Positions 9,572 to 18,954 of a DNA stretch of 64,000 nucleotides are shown here, piece after piece. The stretch spans positions 2,317,589 to 2,381,588 of the forward strand of contig OZ241979.1 in the NCBI GenBank assembly GCA_965204235.1, read 5' to 3'. The position numbers were made by a program, and so were the translations under genes. Within the stretch, counting starts at the first letter, position 1. Each line of letters opens with the position of its first letter. The DNA comes from an uncultured Candidatus Binatia bacterium (GTDB lineage: Bacteria; Desulfobacterota; Binatia; UBA9968; JAJDTQ01). The notes beneath the pieces are model-generated. The model was not told the DNA's origin and did no database searches. It worked only from the letters and a program-made list of their open reading frames with translations.

Positions 9572-11284
9572 ATGCCGGGGTGGTTCCGATTGCGACAGAC
9601 CGAATACGCGGTTCCGGGCTTCCTGCTGGCGGTGGTCATCGCCCTGCTCGTGCTGCCGCCCATCTGGTTCCTGGTGCAGGGCAGCGTGTACACCACCAAC
9701 GCCGATTTCAGCCGCGGCGAGTTGACTCTCCGGTACTACCACCGGCTGGTCCGGGAGCCCGCGCTGTTCACCAGCAGCCTGAACTCGACGGTGTTCGCGG
9801 TGGGCAGCTCCGCGGTGGCGCTCCTGTTCGGGGCCATGCTGGCCTGGGTGGTGGAGCGCACCAACGCCGCCTTCAAATGGCTGGCCTACCTGACGACGAT
9901 CATCTCCCTGGGGACCCCGTTCATCCTCTACGTGAGCGCGTGGCTCTTCCTGCTCGGCAAGGCAGGGCCCGTCAACGACCTCTACCGCCTGGTCACCGGC
10001 AGCGACGGGGTGTTGATCAACGTCTATTCCATGAGCGGCATGATCCTGGTGGAGGGGTTCCTCTGGTCGCCGCTGGTGTTCCTGTTGCTCTCGGCCACGT
10101 TCCGCACCAGCAACCCGGAATACGAAGAGGCGGCGCGCATCTGCGGGGCGAGCGTGTGGGACACCATACGGCGCGTGACCCTCAAGCTGGCGATGCCCTC
10201 GGTCCTGGCCCTGGCCCTGCTGGTCTTCATCCGCGCCATCGAGGCGTTCGAGGTCCCGGCCCTGGTGGGGTTGCCGGGAAAGATCCACGTGCTCACCACC
10301 GACATCTACCTCGACCTGTCGGACGTGGTGCCCCCGGACTTCGGACACGCCAGCTCGTTCTCGGTCTTCCTGCTGGTGGTGGTGGGCATTTTGCTGGCCT
10401 TCTACAACCGGCTGTCCAAGAGCGCCGACCGCTACCACACGGTGACCGGCAAGGGGTACCGCGCCCGCATGTTCGACCTGGGCCGGGGCCGGCACGCGGC
10501 CACCGCCATCGTGCTGGTCAACTTCTTCGTGATCCTGGTGCTGCCGCTGCTGGCGCTGCTGTGGGCTTCGTTCCTGCCGTTCTTCCAGCCGGTGCGGTTG
10601 CGGGGCTTCTCCCTCTTCACGCTGGAGAACTACCGGGCGGTGCTGGACGCGGACTACTACCTGGGGTTGCTGTGGAACACGTTGTTCGTGGCCGCGGTCT
10701 CGGCCACCGCGGCCATGGCCATCACCCTGGTGGCCGGATGGTTCGCCGCCCGCCGCAAGGCCGGCGCCTGGGTCCTCGACCAGCTTGCCACCATGCCGCT
10801 GATCTTCCCCGGCATCGTATTGGGGGTGGCGGTGATGCAGATCTACCTCCAGGTGCCCATCCCCATCTACGGCACCGTGTGGATCCTGGTCATCGCCTTC
10901 GTGATCCGCTACCTGCCCTACGGCATGCGGTACTCCTACGCCGGCATGTTGCAGATCCACCATGAGCTGGAAGAGGCCGCGGGCGTCTGCGGCGCATCCC
11001 CCATGACCACGCTGCGCCGCATCATCGCGCCGCTGCTGGCCCCGGCGATGCTCTCCGGCTGGCTGTTCATCTTCCTGTTGGCCGCCCGGGTGCTGTCGCT
11101 GCCGATCCTGCTGTCGGGGCCGGACTCGCAGATGGTGGCGGTGGAGATGTTCGACCTCTGGACCAACGGGCAGGGGACCGAGCTGGCCGCCCTGGGGCTG
11201 GTGTGGACCGCGGTCATGACCGTGATCGCGAGCCTGTTCTACTACACGGCGCGCCAGACCGGCGCCACCGCCTACGGCAACTGA
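9572..11284 (+). CDS. ABC transporter permease, fused two-domain (FbpB-like)
   Basis: 570 aa with about 12 TM helices. Duplicated EAA-like loops. Confidence 0.85.
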   Translation: MPGWFRLRQTEYAVPGFLLAVVIALLVLPPIWFLVQGSVYTTNADFSRGELTLRYYHRLVREPALFTSSLNSTVFAVGSSAVALLFGAMLAWVVERTNAAFKWLAYLTTIISLGTPFILYVSAWLFLLGKAGPVNDLYRLVTGSDGVLINVYSMSGMILVEGFLWSPLVFLLLSATFRTSNPEYEEAARICGASVWDTIRRVTLKLAMPSVLALALLVFIRAIEAFEVPALVGLPGKIHVLTTDIYLDLSDVVPPDFGHASSFSVFLLVVVGILLAFYNRLSKSADRYHTVTGKGYRARMFDLGRGRHAATAIVLVNFFVILVLPLLALLWASFLPFFQPVRLRGFSLFTLENYRAVLDADYYLGLLWNTLFVAAVSATAAMAITLVAGWFAARRKAGAWVLDQLATMPLIFPGIVLGVAVMQIYLQVPIPIYGTVWILVIAFVIRYLPYGMRYSYAGMLQIHHELEEAAGVCGASPMTTLRRIIAPLLAPAMLSGWLFIFLLAARVLSLPILLSGPDSQMVAVEMFDLWTNGQGTELAALGLVWTAVMTVIASLFYYTARQTGATAYGN

Positions 11285-11302
11285 CCTATCGAGGCGCCGC
11301 CC

Positions 11303-13516
11303 ATGAGTCCGTCAAGACCGCCGAGACCCCGACCTTCGCCGCCGGCGGCGACCCCGCGCCCCGACGTGGAGGCGCTGCTCAATCCGCGCAACGTGGTCAT
11401 CGTCGGGGCCACCGACAAACCCGGCAACTGGCCCCAGCGCTGCTGGCGCAACCTCGGACGCTACGGCTACCGCGGTGCGGTCTATCCGCTCAACCCGGGA
11501 CGCGAGGAGGTCTGGGGCGTGCGGTGCTACCGGAGCTACGCCGAGCTGCCGGAGCCGCCGGACCATCTCGCGGTGTTCGTGCCGGCGCCGTCCGTGGAGG
11601 CGACCCTGCGCCAGGGGGCGGCCGCGGGGGCGCGCAGCGCCACGGTGGTGTCCGCGGGTTTCGACGAATCGCCCGACCCCGCGGCCGCGGAGCGCGGCCG
11701 GCGTCTCTCCGCGGCCGTTGCGGAGTTGGGGATCGCGGTCTCCGGGCCCAACTGTCTCGGCAACTTCAACGGCCGCGCCCGGTTGGTCACCATGACCGAC
11801 AACCGGCCGCAGTCCACCGAGGCCGGCCCCGTGGCCATCGTCGGCCAGTCCGGCGGGTTGGTGATGGCGCTCAAGCGCACCCTCGAAGAGCGCGGCATGG
11901 CGGTGGGCTACGTGGTCACCAGCGGCAACGAGGCCGGGCTCAAGACCGCGGACTACATCGAGTACTTCACCGCCGACCCCCAGACCCGGGTCATCGTCTC
12001 CTACCTGGAGTCGGTGCGCGAGCCGGAGCGGTTCCTGTCCGCCTGCGCCGCGGCAAGGGAGGCCGGCAAGCCGGTGATCGTGGTCAAGCTCGGGACCTCG
12101 GACGACGGCCGGGCGGCCGCCCTGGCCCATACGGGCGCCCTCGCCGGCTCCATCGCCGCGTTCGACGCCGTTGCCGGCGGCGCCGGCGCGATCCGCGTGG
12201 CGACCCTCGACGACGTGGTGGAGATGGCCGAGTACCTGCTGCACGCCCGGCTGCCCAAGGGCGGCGGGCTGGGCGCCATGACCTTCTCCGGCGGCCTTCG
12301 CGGCGTGCTGCTGGACCATGCCGAGGCCAACGGCCTGTCGTTCCCGCCCCTCGCCCCCAGGACCCGCAAGCGCCTGGAGAAGCTGCTCGGCGTCGGCGCG
12401 GTCATCGGCAACCCCCTGGACTCGGGCTTCGGCGCGCTGACCAGCCGCGAGACCTACATCCGCTGCGTGGAGACCATGCTCGACGACCCCGGGGTGGACA
12501 CTCTGCTGTTGCAGGAGGAGTTGCTGCGGAGCCCCGAGGCCGGGGACAAGGAGCAGAACATGCGCGCGGTCAACGAACTGGCGGCCCGGGCGCGCAAGCC
12601 CATCGCCTTCGTCACCATGATCTCGCACGGCCTGAACGACTACGCCCGCAACCTGCGCGACGACCTGCGCCGGGTGGCGTTCCTGCAGGAAGCGGACAAG
12701 TCGCTGCGCACGGTCCGGTCCGTCATCTCCTACGCCATGCGGTCGTCGAGGAAGGCCGCGGGGAAACGGCGCCGCGGGTGGACGGCGCCGCCGGCCGTGC
12801 GGAGGCGGCTGGAGAGGACCGGCGGCGGGCCGGGGCCGACGCCGCTGTCGGAGGTCGATTCCAAGGCGTTGCTCCGGGCCTACGGGGTTCGGACCCCCAA
12901 GGAGCGGCTGGCCGGGAGCGCCGCGGAGGCGGCGCGGATCGCCCAGGGCCTGGGGTTCCCGGTGGTGTTGAAGGCCGCGGGCGCAGAGTTGACCCACAAG
13001 TCGGACGCGGGCGGCGTGCTGCTGGGCGTCCGCACCGCGGCCGCGGTGCGCCAAGGCTATGGCGCCATCCTGCGCAACGTGGCGCGCAAGGCCGAGGGGG
13101 TGGCCATCGACGGCGTGTTGGTGGCCGAGCAGGCGGCCGGGGACCTGGAGCTGGTCATCGGCGCGTCGCGCGACCCGGAGATGGGACCCGTGGTCATGTT
13201 CGGGTCGGGCGGCGTGGCCTTGGAACTCTACCGCGACGTGGCCTTTGCCGCGCCGACGCTCGACGAGGCCGACGCCGAGGCGTTGATCGCGCGCACCCGG
13301 GCCGCACGGCTCATGGACGGGTACCGGGGGGCGCCGGCCCTGGACCGGAAGGCCGTGGTCAGGGCGCTGGTGGCGGTGTCGCGGCTCGCCTGCGACCTGG
13401 GCCGCCGGCTCGAGTCCATCGACGTGAACCCCTTCGTGCTGCGCCCGCGGGGCGGCGTGGCCCTCGACGCCCTGGTGGTGCTCGCCGGCGAGGGCCGTGA
13501 CGGCCCGGCCCGCTAG
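11303..13516 (+). CDS. Acyl-CoA synthetase, NDP(ADP)-forming, fused alpha/beta (CoA-binding + ATP-grasp)
   Basis: N-terminal CoA-binding Rossmann motif (VVIVGATDKPG). Succinyl-CoA-synthetase-like ligase domain. C-terminal ATP-grasp (GFPVVLKA...). Confidence 0.85.
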   Translation: MSPSRPPRPRPSPPAATPRPDVEALLNPRNVVIVGATDKPGNWPQRCWRNLGRYGYRGAVYPLNPGREEVWGVRCYRSYAELPEPPDHLAVFVPAPSVEATLRQGAAAGARSATVVSAGFDESPDPAAAERGRRLSAAVAELGIAVSGPNCLGNFNGRARLVTMTDNRPQSTEAGPVAIVGQSGGLVMALKRTLEERGMAVGYVVTSGNEAGLKTADYIEYFTADPQTRVIVSYLESVREPERFLSACAAAREAGKPVIVVKLGTSDDGRAAALAHTGALAGSIAAFDAVAGGAGAIRVATLDDVVEMAEYLLHARLPKGGGLGAMTFSGGLRGVLLDHAEANGLSFPPLAPRTRKRLEKLLGVGAVIGNPLDSGFGALTSRETYIRCVETMLDDPGVDTLLLQEELLRSPEAGDKEQNMRAVNELAARARKPIAFVTMISHGLNDYARNLRDDLRRVAFLQEADKSLRTVRSVISYAMRSSRKAAGKRRRGWTAPPAVRRRLERTGGGPGPTPLSEVDSKALLRAYGVRTPKERLAGSAAEAARIAQGLGFPVVLKAAGAELTHKSDAGGVLLGVRTAAAVRQGYGAILRNVARKAEGVAIDGVLVAEQAAGDLELVIGASRDPEMGPVVMFGSGGVALELYRDVAFAAPTLDEADAEALIARTRAARLMDGYRGAPALDRKAVVRALVAVSRLACDLGRRLESIDVNPFVLRPRGGVALDALVVLAGEGRDGPAR

Positions 13517-13531
13517 ACCGGGGACCATGCC

Positions 13532-14644
13532 ATGCTGGAGATCGAGCGTCTGACCAAGATTTTCGCCAACACCACGGACGCCATCGCGGGGGGCATCCGC
13601 AACGCTTCGTTCTCGCTGGAGAACGGCGCGTTCTTCACCCTGCTGGGACCCTCGGGTTGCGGCAAGACCACCACGCTGCGTTGCCTGGCCGGGCTGGAGA
13701 CCCCGGACCAGGGCCGGGTGGCGGTGGAGGGCGACGTGCTGTTCGACTCCGCCGCCGGCGTCAACGTGCCCATGAACCGGCGAGAGGTGGGCATGGTGTT
13801 CCAGTCCTACGCCATCTGGCCGCACATGACCGTGGCCGAGAACGTGGCCTTCCCGCTGACCGTGGCGAAGGACCGCCGGTATTCCCGGAGCGAGGTCGAG
13901 GCCGCGGTGGACCGGGCGTTGCAGACCGTCGATCTGGCCGGCTTCGAGTCGCGCCCGGCCACCCGGCTGTCGGGAGGCCAGCAGCAGCGGGTCGCCCTGG
14001 CCCGCTCCATCGTCAAGACGCCGCGCCTGCTGCTCCTGGACGAGCCGCTGTCCAACCTCGACGCCCAGTTGCGCGAGGAGATGCGGGTCGAGCTCAAGCG
14101 CCTGCAACGGCAGATCGGCATCACCACCGTGTACGTCACCCACGATCAGGCCGAGGCCCTGACCCTGTCGGACCGGATCGCGGTCATCGACCAGGCCAAC
14201 GTCATCCAGACCGGCACGCCCAGGGAGATCTATTTCCGCCCCGCCAACGACTTCGTGGCCAAGTTCGTGGGCAGCACCAACCTGCTGGACGGCAAGGTCC
14301 TGCGCATGGACGGAGACAGCGTGGACGTGGAGGTCGCCCAGGGCCGCACGCTGGCCTGCCTCAAGACCGGCGCCATGCGGAACGGCGACCGGGTGGCCGT
14401 CTCCATCCGGCCCGAAGCCATCCGGCTGTCAACCCCGGAGTCGGGAGCGGGCGGCAACCGTCTTTCCGGCAGCGTCCGCAACGTGGCCTTCCTGGGCGAC
14501 GCATGCCGCGTGGACGTCCTGGTGGGCGAGAGCCTCCTCCAGGCAAAGGCGGCCCCGGACTTCGCCGTACCCGACGACGTGGAGGTCGATCTGGTGTTCG
14601 AGGCCAACCACACGCTGGCGGTGCCGAAGGCCGTCCAGGGTTAG
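13532..14644 (+). CDS. ABC transporter ATP-binding protein with C-terminal TOBE domain (FbpC/PotA-like)
   Basis: Walker [23 protein letters not shown] signature, Walker B LLLDEP. Confidence 0.9.
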   Translation: MLEIERLTKIFANTTDAIAGGIRNASFSLENGAFFTLLGPSGCGKTTTLRCLAGLETPDQGRVAVEGDVLFDSAAGVNVPMNRREVGMVFQSYAIWPHMTVAENVAFPLTVAKDRRYSRSEVEAAVDRALQTVDLAGFESRPATRLSGGQQQRVALARSIVKTPRLLLLDEPLSNLDAQLREEMRVELKRLQRQIGITTVYVTHDQAEALTLSDRIAVIDQANVIQTGTPREIYFRPANDFVAKFVGSTNLLDGKVLRMDGDSVDVEVAQGRTLACLKTGAMRNGDRVAVSIRPEAIRLSTPESGAGGNRLSGSVRNVAFLGDACRVDVLVGESLLQAKAAPDFAVPDDVEVDLVFEANHTLAVPKAVQG

Positions 14645-14831
14645 GAGAGGCGCTTCCGCCATACTCCTGCGCGCTTCGCGGACTTCTGCTATGTTCCCGT
14701 CATGTGGACGGGTGGAACCGATGGACGGCGGCGGGGAGGCAGTTAAATTTCCCCGGGTTCTGGTCGAACATAAGGGGTAGGCGTTCCGTTCCGTGGGCCG
14801 CCTCGGAGACCAGGATGAAGGAGGGACCGGC

Positions 14832-15674
14832 ATGACGGAGTTCGAAACCGCAACGCTGGCCTATCAGCAGGCCATGCTTGCGTACCAACAGACCATGCTT
14901 GCGTACCAACAGACGTCCCTCGATTACCAGTACGTCGGCATGTGGGCCGCCATTGCAGGGCCCGTCGTGGCGTTGGTCGTCGGGGCAGGGCAATGCGGGC
15001 TTCTCTGGTACGGGATCCGTCAAATGACGCAGATAAACACGGATCGCGCCAAGCGGGAGGCGGTGATTCTGGAGAGCCTCGATGCCCAGAACAAGAGGCT
15101 CAACGCTCAGACGGAGGCGCTCGTAGCCCAGAATCAGAGGTTCGATGCCCAGACGGAAGCGTTTGCAGCCCAGAACCAGAAGTTCGATGCCCAGACGGAG
15201 GCGCTTGTAGCTCAAACGCAGAGGTTCAATGCCCATACGGAGACGATTGCGGCTCAGAACCAGAGGTTTGACGCTCAGACGGAGGCGCTTGCGGCTCAAA
15301 CGCAGAGGTTCAATGCCCATACGGAGACGATTGCGGCTCAGAACCAGAGATTCGATGCCCAGACAGAGGCGCTTGCGGCCCAAACGCAGAGGTTCAATGC
15401 TCAGACGGAGACGATTGCGGCTCAGAACCAGAGGTTTGACGCTCAGACGGAGGCGCTCGTAGCCTTGACCCGGAAGTTCGATGCCCAGACGGACGCGCTC
15501 GTAGCCCTGACCCGGAAGTTCGATAGCCAGACGGACACGCTTGCGGCCCAGCTCGCAGCCCAAAATCGGACGCTCAACGCCCAAAATCAGACGCTCGACG
15601 CCCAGAGCGAGGCCCTCAAGGCTTTGGTGCGGAGTTTGCCCCAGAGTGAAGACGCAGGGCGGGTCGAACGTTGA
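14832..15674 (+). CDS. Single-pass membrane protein with about 11 tandem 14-residue Q/A/T-rich repeats (predicted extended coiled coil)
   Basis: AAGGAGGGA RBS. N-terminal LAYQQxM heptads. TM helix VGMWAAIAGPVVALVVGAG. Then QRFDAQTEALVAQN-type 14-mers. Confidence 0.6.
   Translation: MTEFETATLAYQQAMLAYQQTMLAYQQTSLDYQYVGMWAAIAGPVVALVVGAGQCGLLWYGIRQMTQINTDRAKREAVILESLDAQNKRLNAQTEALVAQNQRFDAQTEAFAAQNQKFDAQTEALVAQTQRFNAHTETIAAQNQRFDAQTEALAAQTQRFNAHTETIAAQNQRFDAQTEALAAQTQRFNAQTETIAAQNQRFDAQTEALVALTRKFDAQTDALVALTRKFDSQTDTLAAQLAAQNRTLNAQNQTLDAQSEALKALVRSLPQSEDAGRVER
15084..15560 (+). repeat. 42-bp tandem repeat array (84-bp higher-order unit) inside CDS 14832-15674
   Basis: Near-identical units gcccagacggaggcgcttg(t/c)agc(t/c)cagaa(c/t)cagaggtt(c/t)ga(t/c), repeated about 11 times. 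Confidence 0.75.
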
Positions 15675-15840
15675 ACGATGAAGGCGCCTTTGGCAGACCA
15701 TAGGGGGTTTCGGGCTGCCGTTGCCGGGTGCGGACGAGGGATTTGACCATGCCGGTGCTGAAGGCCTGACCGGGGCCTCCGGGGTGCTGCCGCGCACTCC
15801 GCATCTTGACATCCATTCCCGTGTGTATCAGGATGCTTTC

Positions 15841-16104
15841 ATGCGGACCACACTGACGATTGATCCCGACCTCGCGTAGCTCCTGCAACAGGAGATGCGG
15901 CGTACCGACAGGAACATGAAGACGGTCGTGAACGATGCCTTGCGGGGCAGCCTCGGCGCTCAGGGCAAGCCGCCGCGCGTGCCCCCTTTCAAGGTCGAAT
16001 CCCACGCCTTCGTCTTCAAGACGGGTGTGGACGCCGACCGGCTCAATCAACTCGCGGACGAGTTGGAGGCCGCGGAATCCTCTCGGAAAGTGGACAGTGT
16101 GTAA
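15841..16104 (+). pseudogene. VapB/DUF2191-type RHH antitoxin interrupted by an in-frame TAG at codon 13
   Basis: MRTTLTIDPDLA*LLQQEMRRTDRNMKTVVNDALR matches the MRTTLxIDDDLLxxA...TKTxxVxEALR antitoxin N-terminus. The TAG at about 15877-15879 is in frame with the downstream ORF 15895-16104. Confidence 0.55.
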
Positions 16105-16105
16105 G

Positions 16106-16339
16106 ATGCGACAGCAGCACGAAACCGAAGACGACGTGGTTCTGTCACTGGATGCCTTCGTGAGATCGATCGGTATAAACCGGACCGTTCCGTTACCCGT
16201 CTTTGTCGGTGCCGGAGCCTCGGTCAGTTCAGGTCTGCCGTCGGCGCAGACTTGTATATGGGAGGAAAACCGAGGTTCAACGTGGATGCCGAATACACCG
16301 ACATACCGAAGATCTTGCGTGGGTACTACAAGGACGTAA
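16106..16339 (+). pseudogene. SIR2-like (SIR2_2 / defence-associated) N-terminal fragment
   Basis: PVFVGAGASVSSGLPSAQT matches the SIR2 Rossmann GAGxSxxxGxP motif. The ATG lies 2 nt after the antitoxin stop. The ORF ends after 78 aa. Confidence 0.45.
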
Positions 16340-16700
16340 ACGGGAAGAGGACGGAGAACCTGGAAAGAAGCCGCTCCGACACCATCCGGGCGGGGGACGT
16401 CTGGGTGGACATCCAGCAGGTATTCTACCGCATGGAAGAAAACGTCTCGGGCTGTTATGCGCAAAAGCCCATGAAGTGCATTGAGCGCATCGTCCGCGCA
16501 AGCTCGGACCCTGATGACTTGGTGATCGATTTCTTTGCTCATTCCGGGACGACCTTGCTGGTTTCGGAAATGCTCGGCCGGAGATGTTTCACGATGGACC
16601 TGGATCCGATCTACGCCGAAATTTCCATTCGACGACTGGAACGATTCCGCACGACGGGTCGAACCGGCTGGCAGAATGGACACCCGTTCGAGGCTGAGGT
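16252..16700 (+). pseudogene. DNA methyltransferase (N-4/N-6 MTase family) C-terminal fragment
   Basis: YAQKP...DLVIDFFAHSGTTLLVSEMLGRRCFTMDLDPIYAEISIRRLE aligns to AQKP...VLDPFMGSGTT...LGRRYIGFE...RL of the intact MTase at 50459-51391. The N-terminal DPPY region is absent. Frameshifted relative to the SIR2 fragment. Confidence 0.65.
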
Positions 16701-16768
16701 TACGGACATACTGCTTGACCGCGTCTCCGAATCTGAAGCTGCCACACAGAAGACATTGTTCCAGGCCC

Positions 16769-17494
16769 ATGGAACGTCTTCAGGAAGAACTCGATTCGCC
16801 GTTGGCGCAACTGCCGGAAGAACCCGAGATCCGGGACAGGCTCAATACCCTGGTGTCGGTTTACCCATTCAACGAGTACGAGTACATCATCGCAACCATG
16901 CTGGCCAGGGACGTACTTAGCCTGGACGACTATCATGAACTCCGGGACAGCTATATCCACAGAAACCCCTTCCTCTACGTCTTCGAGATTAGCGCACCAC
17001 GTTCATTCGGGGAAGCCTGGGCGCAAGGCCACCTGAAGGAACTCGTCCCCGACCTGACAAAACCGTCCAGGAGAGTGGACCCGGACTACTCCGGTCAATA
17101 CGACTTTTGCCTTGCCGGAGTCCGAATCGAAGTCAAGGCGTCTCGAGCCGTGGACGCGAACATGGACGCTCCGCTGTACGTCAAGGCGTTTGCTTCCGAT
17201 TCGCGGAAGGAATTCTGGATGAACTTTCAGCAAGTCAAGCCGAGTTGCTGTGACGTGTTCGTCTGGATTGCAGTATGGCGTGACGTCATTCGGTATTGGG
17301 TCCTTTCTTCACGAGAAGTGGAAACCAATCAGTACTATTCCCACGGCCAGCACCGCGGTAACGTCGGCGAAGGCCAACTTCATGTCCGGCATGACAACAT
17401 CCAGGATTTTGCCAGCTACGCAGTGAAGGCGAGGGAGCTTGAGGAAGCCATACGTGCAGCAGCCAACCGGCAAGCCATGATGGTTCGCCGGTGA
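16769..17494 (+). CDS. Hypothetical protein with a PD-(D/E)XK-like motif (possible restriction endonuclease remnant)
   Basis: YDFCLAGVRIEVKAS (D-x10-E-V-K). Lies immediately after the MTase fragment. Confidence 0.35.
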   Translation: MERLQEELDSPLAQLPEEPEIRDRLNTLVSVYPFNEYEYIIATMLARDVLSLDDYHELRDSYIHRNPFLYVFEISAPRSFGEAWAQGHLKELVPDLTKPSRRVDPDYSGQYDFCLAGVRIEVKASRAVDANMDAPLYVKAFASDSRKEFWMNFQQVKPSCCDVFVWIAVWRDVIRYWVLSSREVETNQYYSHGQHRGNVGEGQLHVRHDNIQDFASYAVKARELEEAIRAAANRQAMMVRR

Positions 17495-17542
17495 CATGGA
17501 GGGTGTTCGCAGCCGAGGCTTCCGATAGCCCCCACGGCCTCG

Positions 17543-17848
17543 TCACAACAGTTGCGACAGCAACGTCCTGGCCGGCGCCGCCAGGGGACGGCCCGGCGCG
17601 GCGAAGCAGTCCGCGTGGACGTAATCGGCGTCCACCGCCGCCTGGAACGCGAACGGGGCGTTGAGTTGCTCCTGGTAGAACCTCAGCGCAGGGTTCAACG
17701 ACTCCTCGCGGTGTTTCACTTCGACGAGGAACCACGGCTTTCCGTCGCGGGCCACCACGAAATCGACCTCGCGCTTTGCCGGTTCTGGGCAAGGTGTTCC
17801 GCCAGCAAGGCGTCGTAGATGCGGGCCTTGGGTTCCATGCCCGACCAT
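17543..17848 (-). pseudogene. C-terminal fragment of an AAA+ ATPase of the DUF4143 family
   Basis: EVDFVVARDGKPWFLVEVKHREESLNPALRFYQEQL matches the DUF4143 PD-(D/E)XK-like tail. No AAA domain upstream. Confidence 0.5.
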
Positions 17849-17937
17849 TATCTACAATGTCGTATTCCAGTCAAGACTATTCGACGATGTATCGTATTTT
17901 GGTCGGAACCGCACAGGCGGGCGCCAAGGCGTCTCTC

Positions 17938-18954
17938 TCAGCCGCCTCCGTATTCGTTCGTCGGGTTCCGGTAGATGGAGTGGTAGTGGCCTTCGGTGGC
18001 GCCGAGCGAGCCCTGGATGGAGAATTCGAGGATCAGCGTCGGGCCTTGTATCCGGTAGTAGATGGGACCGGACCCGTCCGTCGGGCCGTACCAGGCGAAA
18101 CGGAGCCGGGATCGTTCCCCTTCGACCTCCGCCATCCTCCGCTCCGCCGCGGCCTGCGGCATGACCCGCACCCACAGGCCGATCAGGTCCATGAGTTGCC
18201 GTTGCCGGACCTCCGGCCAGTCGCCGACGCGGCCTCCTTCCAAAGGCGGGATGAATCCGTCCCGGCCGGCCCCCGCGTGCAGTTCCCGGGGGCGGCTGCC
18301 GACCGCGGCGGCTTGCCGCTGGCGCTCGGGCAACGCTTTCACGAGGGCCGCGCCGCGGGCCACGTGGTCGGCGAGCGGCGCCCACTCCGTTCCGTCCAGC
18401 TCGAAGGTCGCCGGTTCGATGCCGATGAACGACGGGGACATGCTCATGACGCCGTCCCTGACCGCAACGTTGACGGCAAGGTGGTGTCCGCCGAACTGCC
18501 AGTTCCAGTCCTGCCCTGCCCCGGGCGCGCCGAAGAAGGCCAGCCAGTAGTTGCCGGGGCTCCAGCCGCGCAGAGACGCCCACCAGGAAGCGGCCAGGAC
18601 CCTCTCGGCCTCCACCACTCCCCGGACCAGCCTGTGGCCGCGGCGGCTCAACGTCTTCGAGAGAAAGTCGGACAGCGCCGCTCGCTGCCCGGCGCTCAAG
18701 TCGCCCACGCGCACGCCGTTGCGCTCGAACATGGTCGCCGGCAGGTTCGACCAGTTGCCGATGAGCGGACTCCCCGGCGGCAGGACCGCCTTTCCGGCTT
18801 GGCCCTCGTCGAGTGTTTTCAGGAACCGTTGGGCCGCGGCGGCCGCGGCCCGGATTTCCTCCGGTGCGGACGCCTCGGCCTTGGCGTCGTGTCCGATCCA
18901 CGGAACGACGCACGCGAGGAAAACCAACGTGACCGCACGGACGGCGTGTGACAT
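17938..18954 (-). CDS. Secreted DUF3500-like protein
   Basis: Signal peptide MSHAVRAVTLVFLACVV. WQFGGHHLAVN and EGHYHSIYRNP motifs. Confidence 0.5.
   Translation of the reverse strand: MSHAVRAVTLVFLACVVPWIGHDAKAEASAPEEIRAAAAAAQRFLKTLDEGQAGKAVLPPGSPLIGNWSNLPATMFERNGVRVGDLSAGQRAALSDFLSKTLSRRGHRLVRGVVEAERVLAASWWASLRGWSPGNYWLAFFGAPGAGQDWNWQFGGHHLAVNVAVRDGVMSMSPSFIGIEPATFELDGTEWAPLADHVARGAALVKALPERQRQAAAVGSRPRELHAGAGRDGFIPPLEGGRVGDWPEVRQRQLMDLIGLWVRVMPQAAAERRMAEVEGERSRLRFAWYGPTDGSGPIYYRIQGPTLILEFSIQGSLGATEGHYHSIYRNPTNEYGGG

Noticed and set aside
8386-10965. 859-aa ORF spanning the SBP and permease genes in another frame
   Set aside because: Arg/Gly/Pro-rich translation with no domains. It overlaps two confidently assigned ABC transporter genes, so it is a GC-driven artefact.
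11312-14143. 943-aa antisense ORF over the acyl-CoA synthetase and ABC ATPase genes
   Set aside because: Low-complexity R/G/A/P composition. It overlaps genes with strong catalytic motifs on the other strand.
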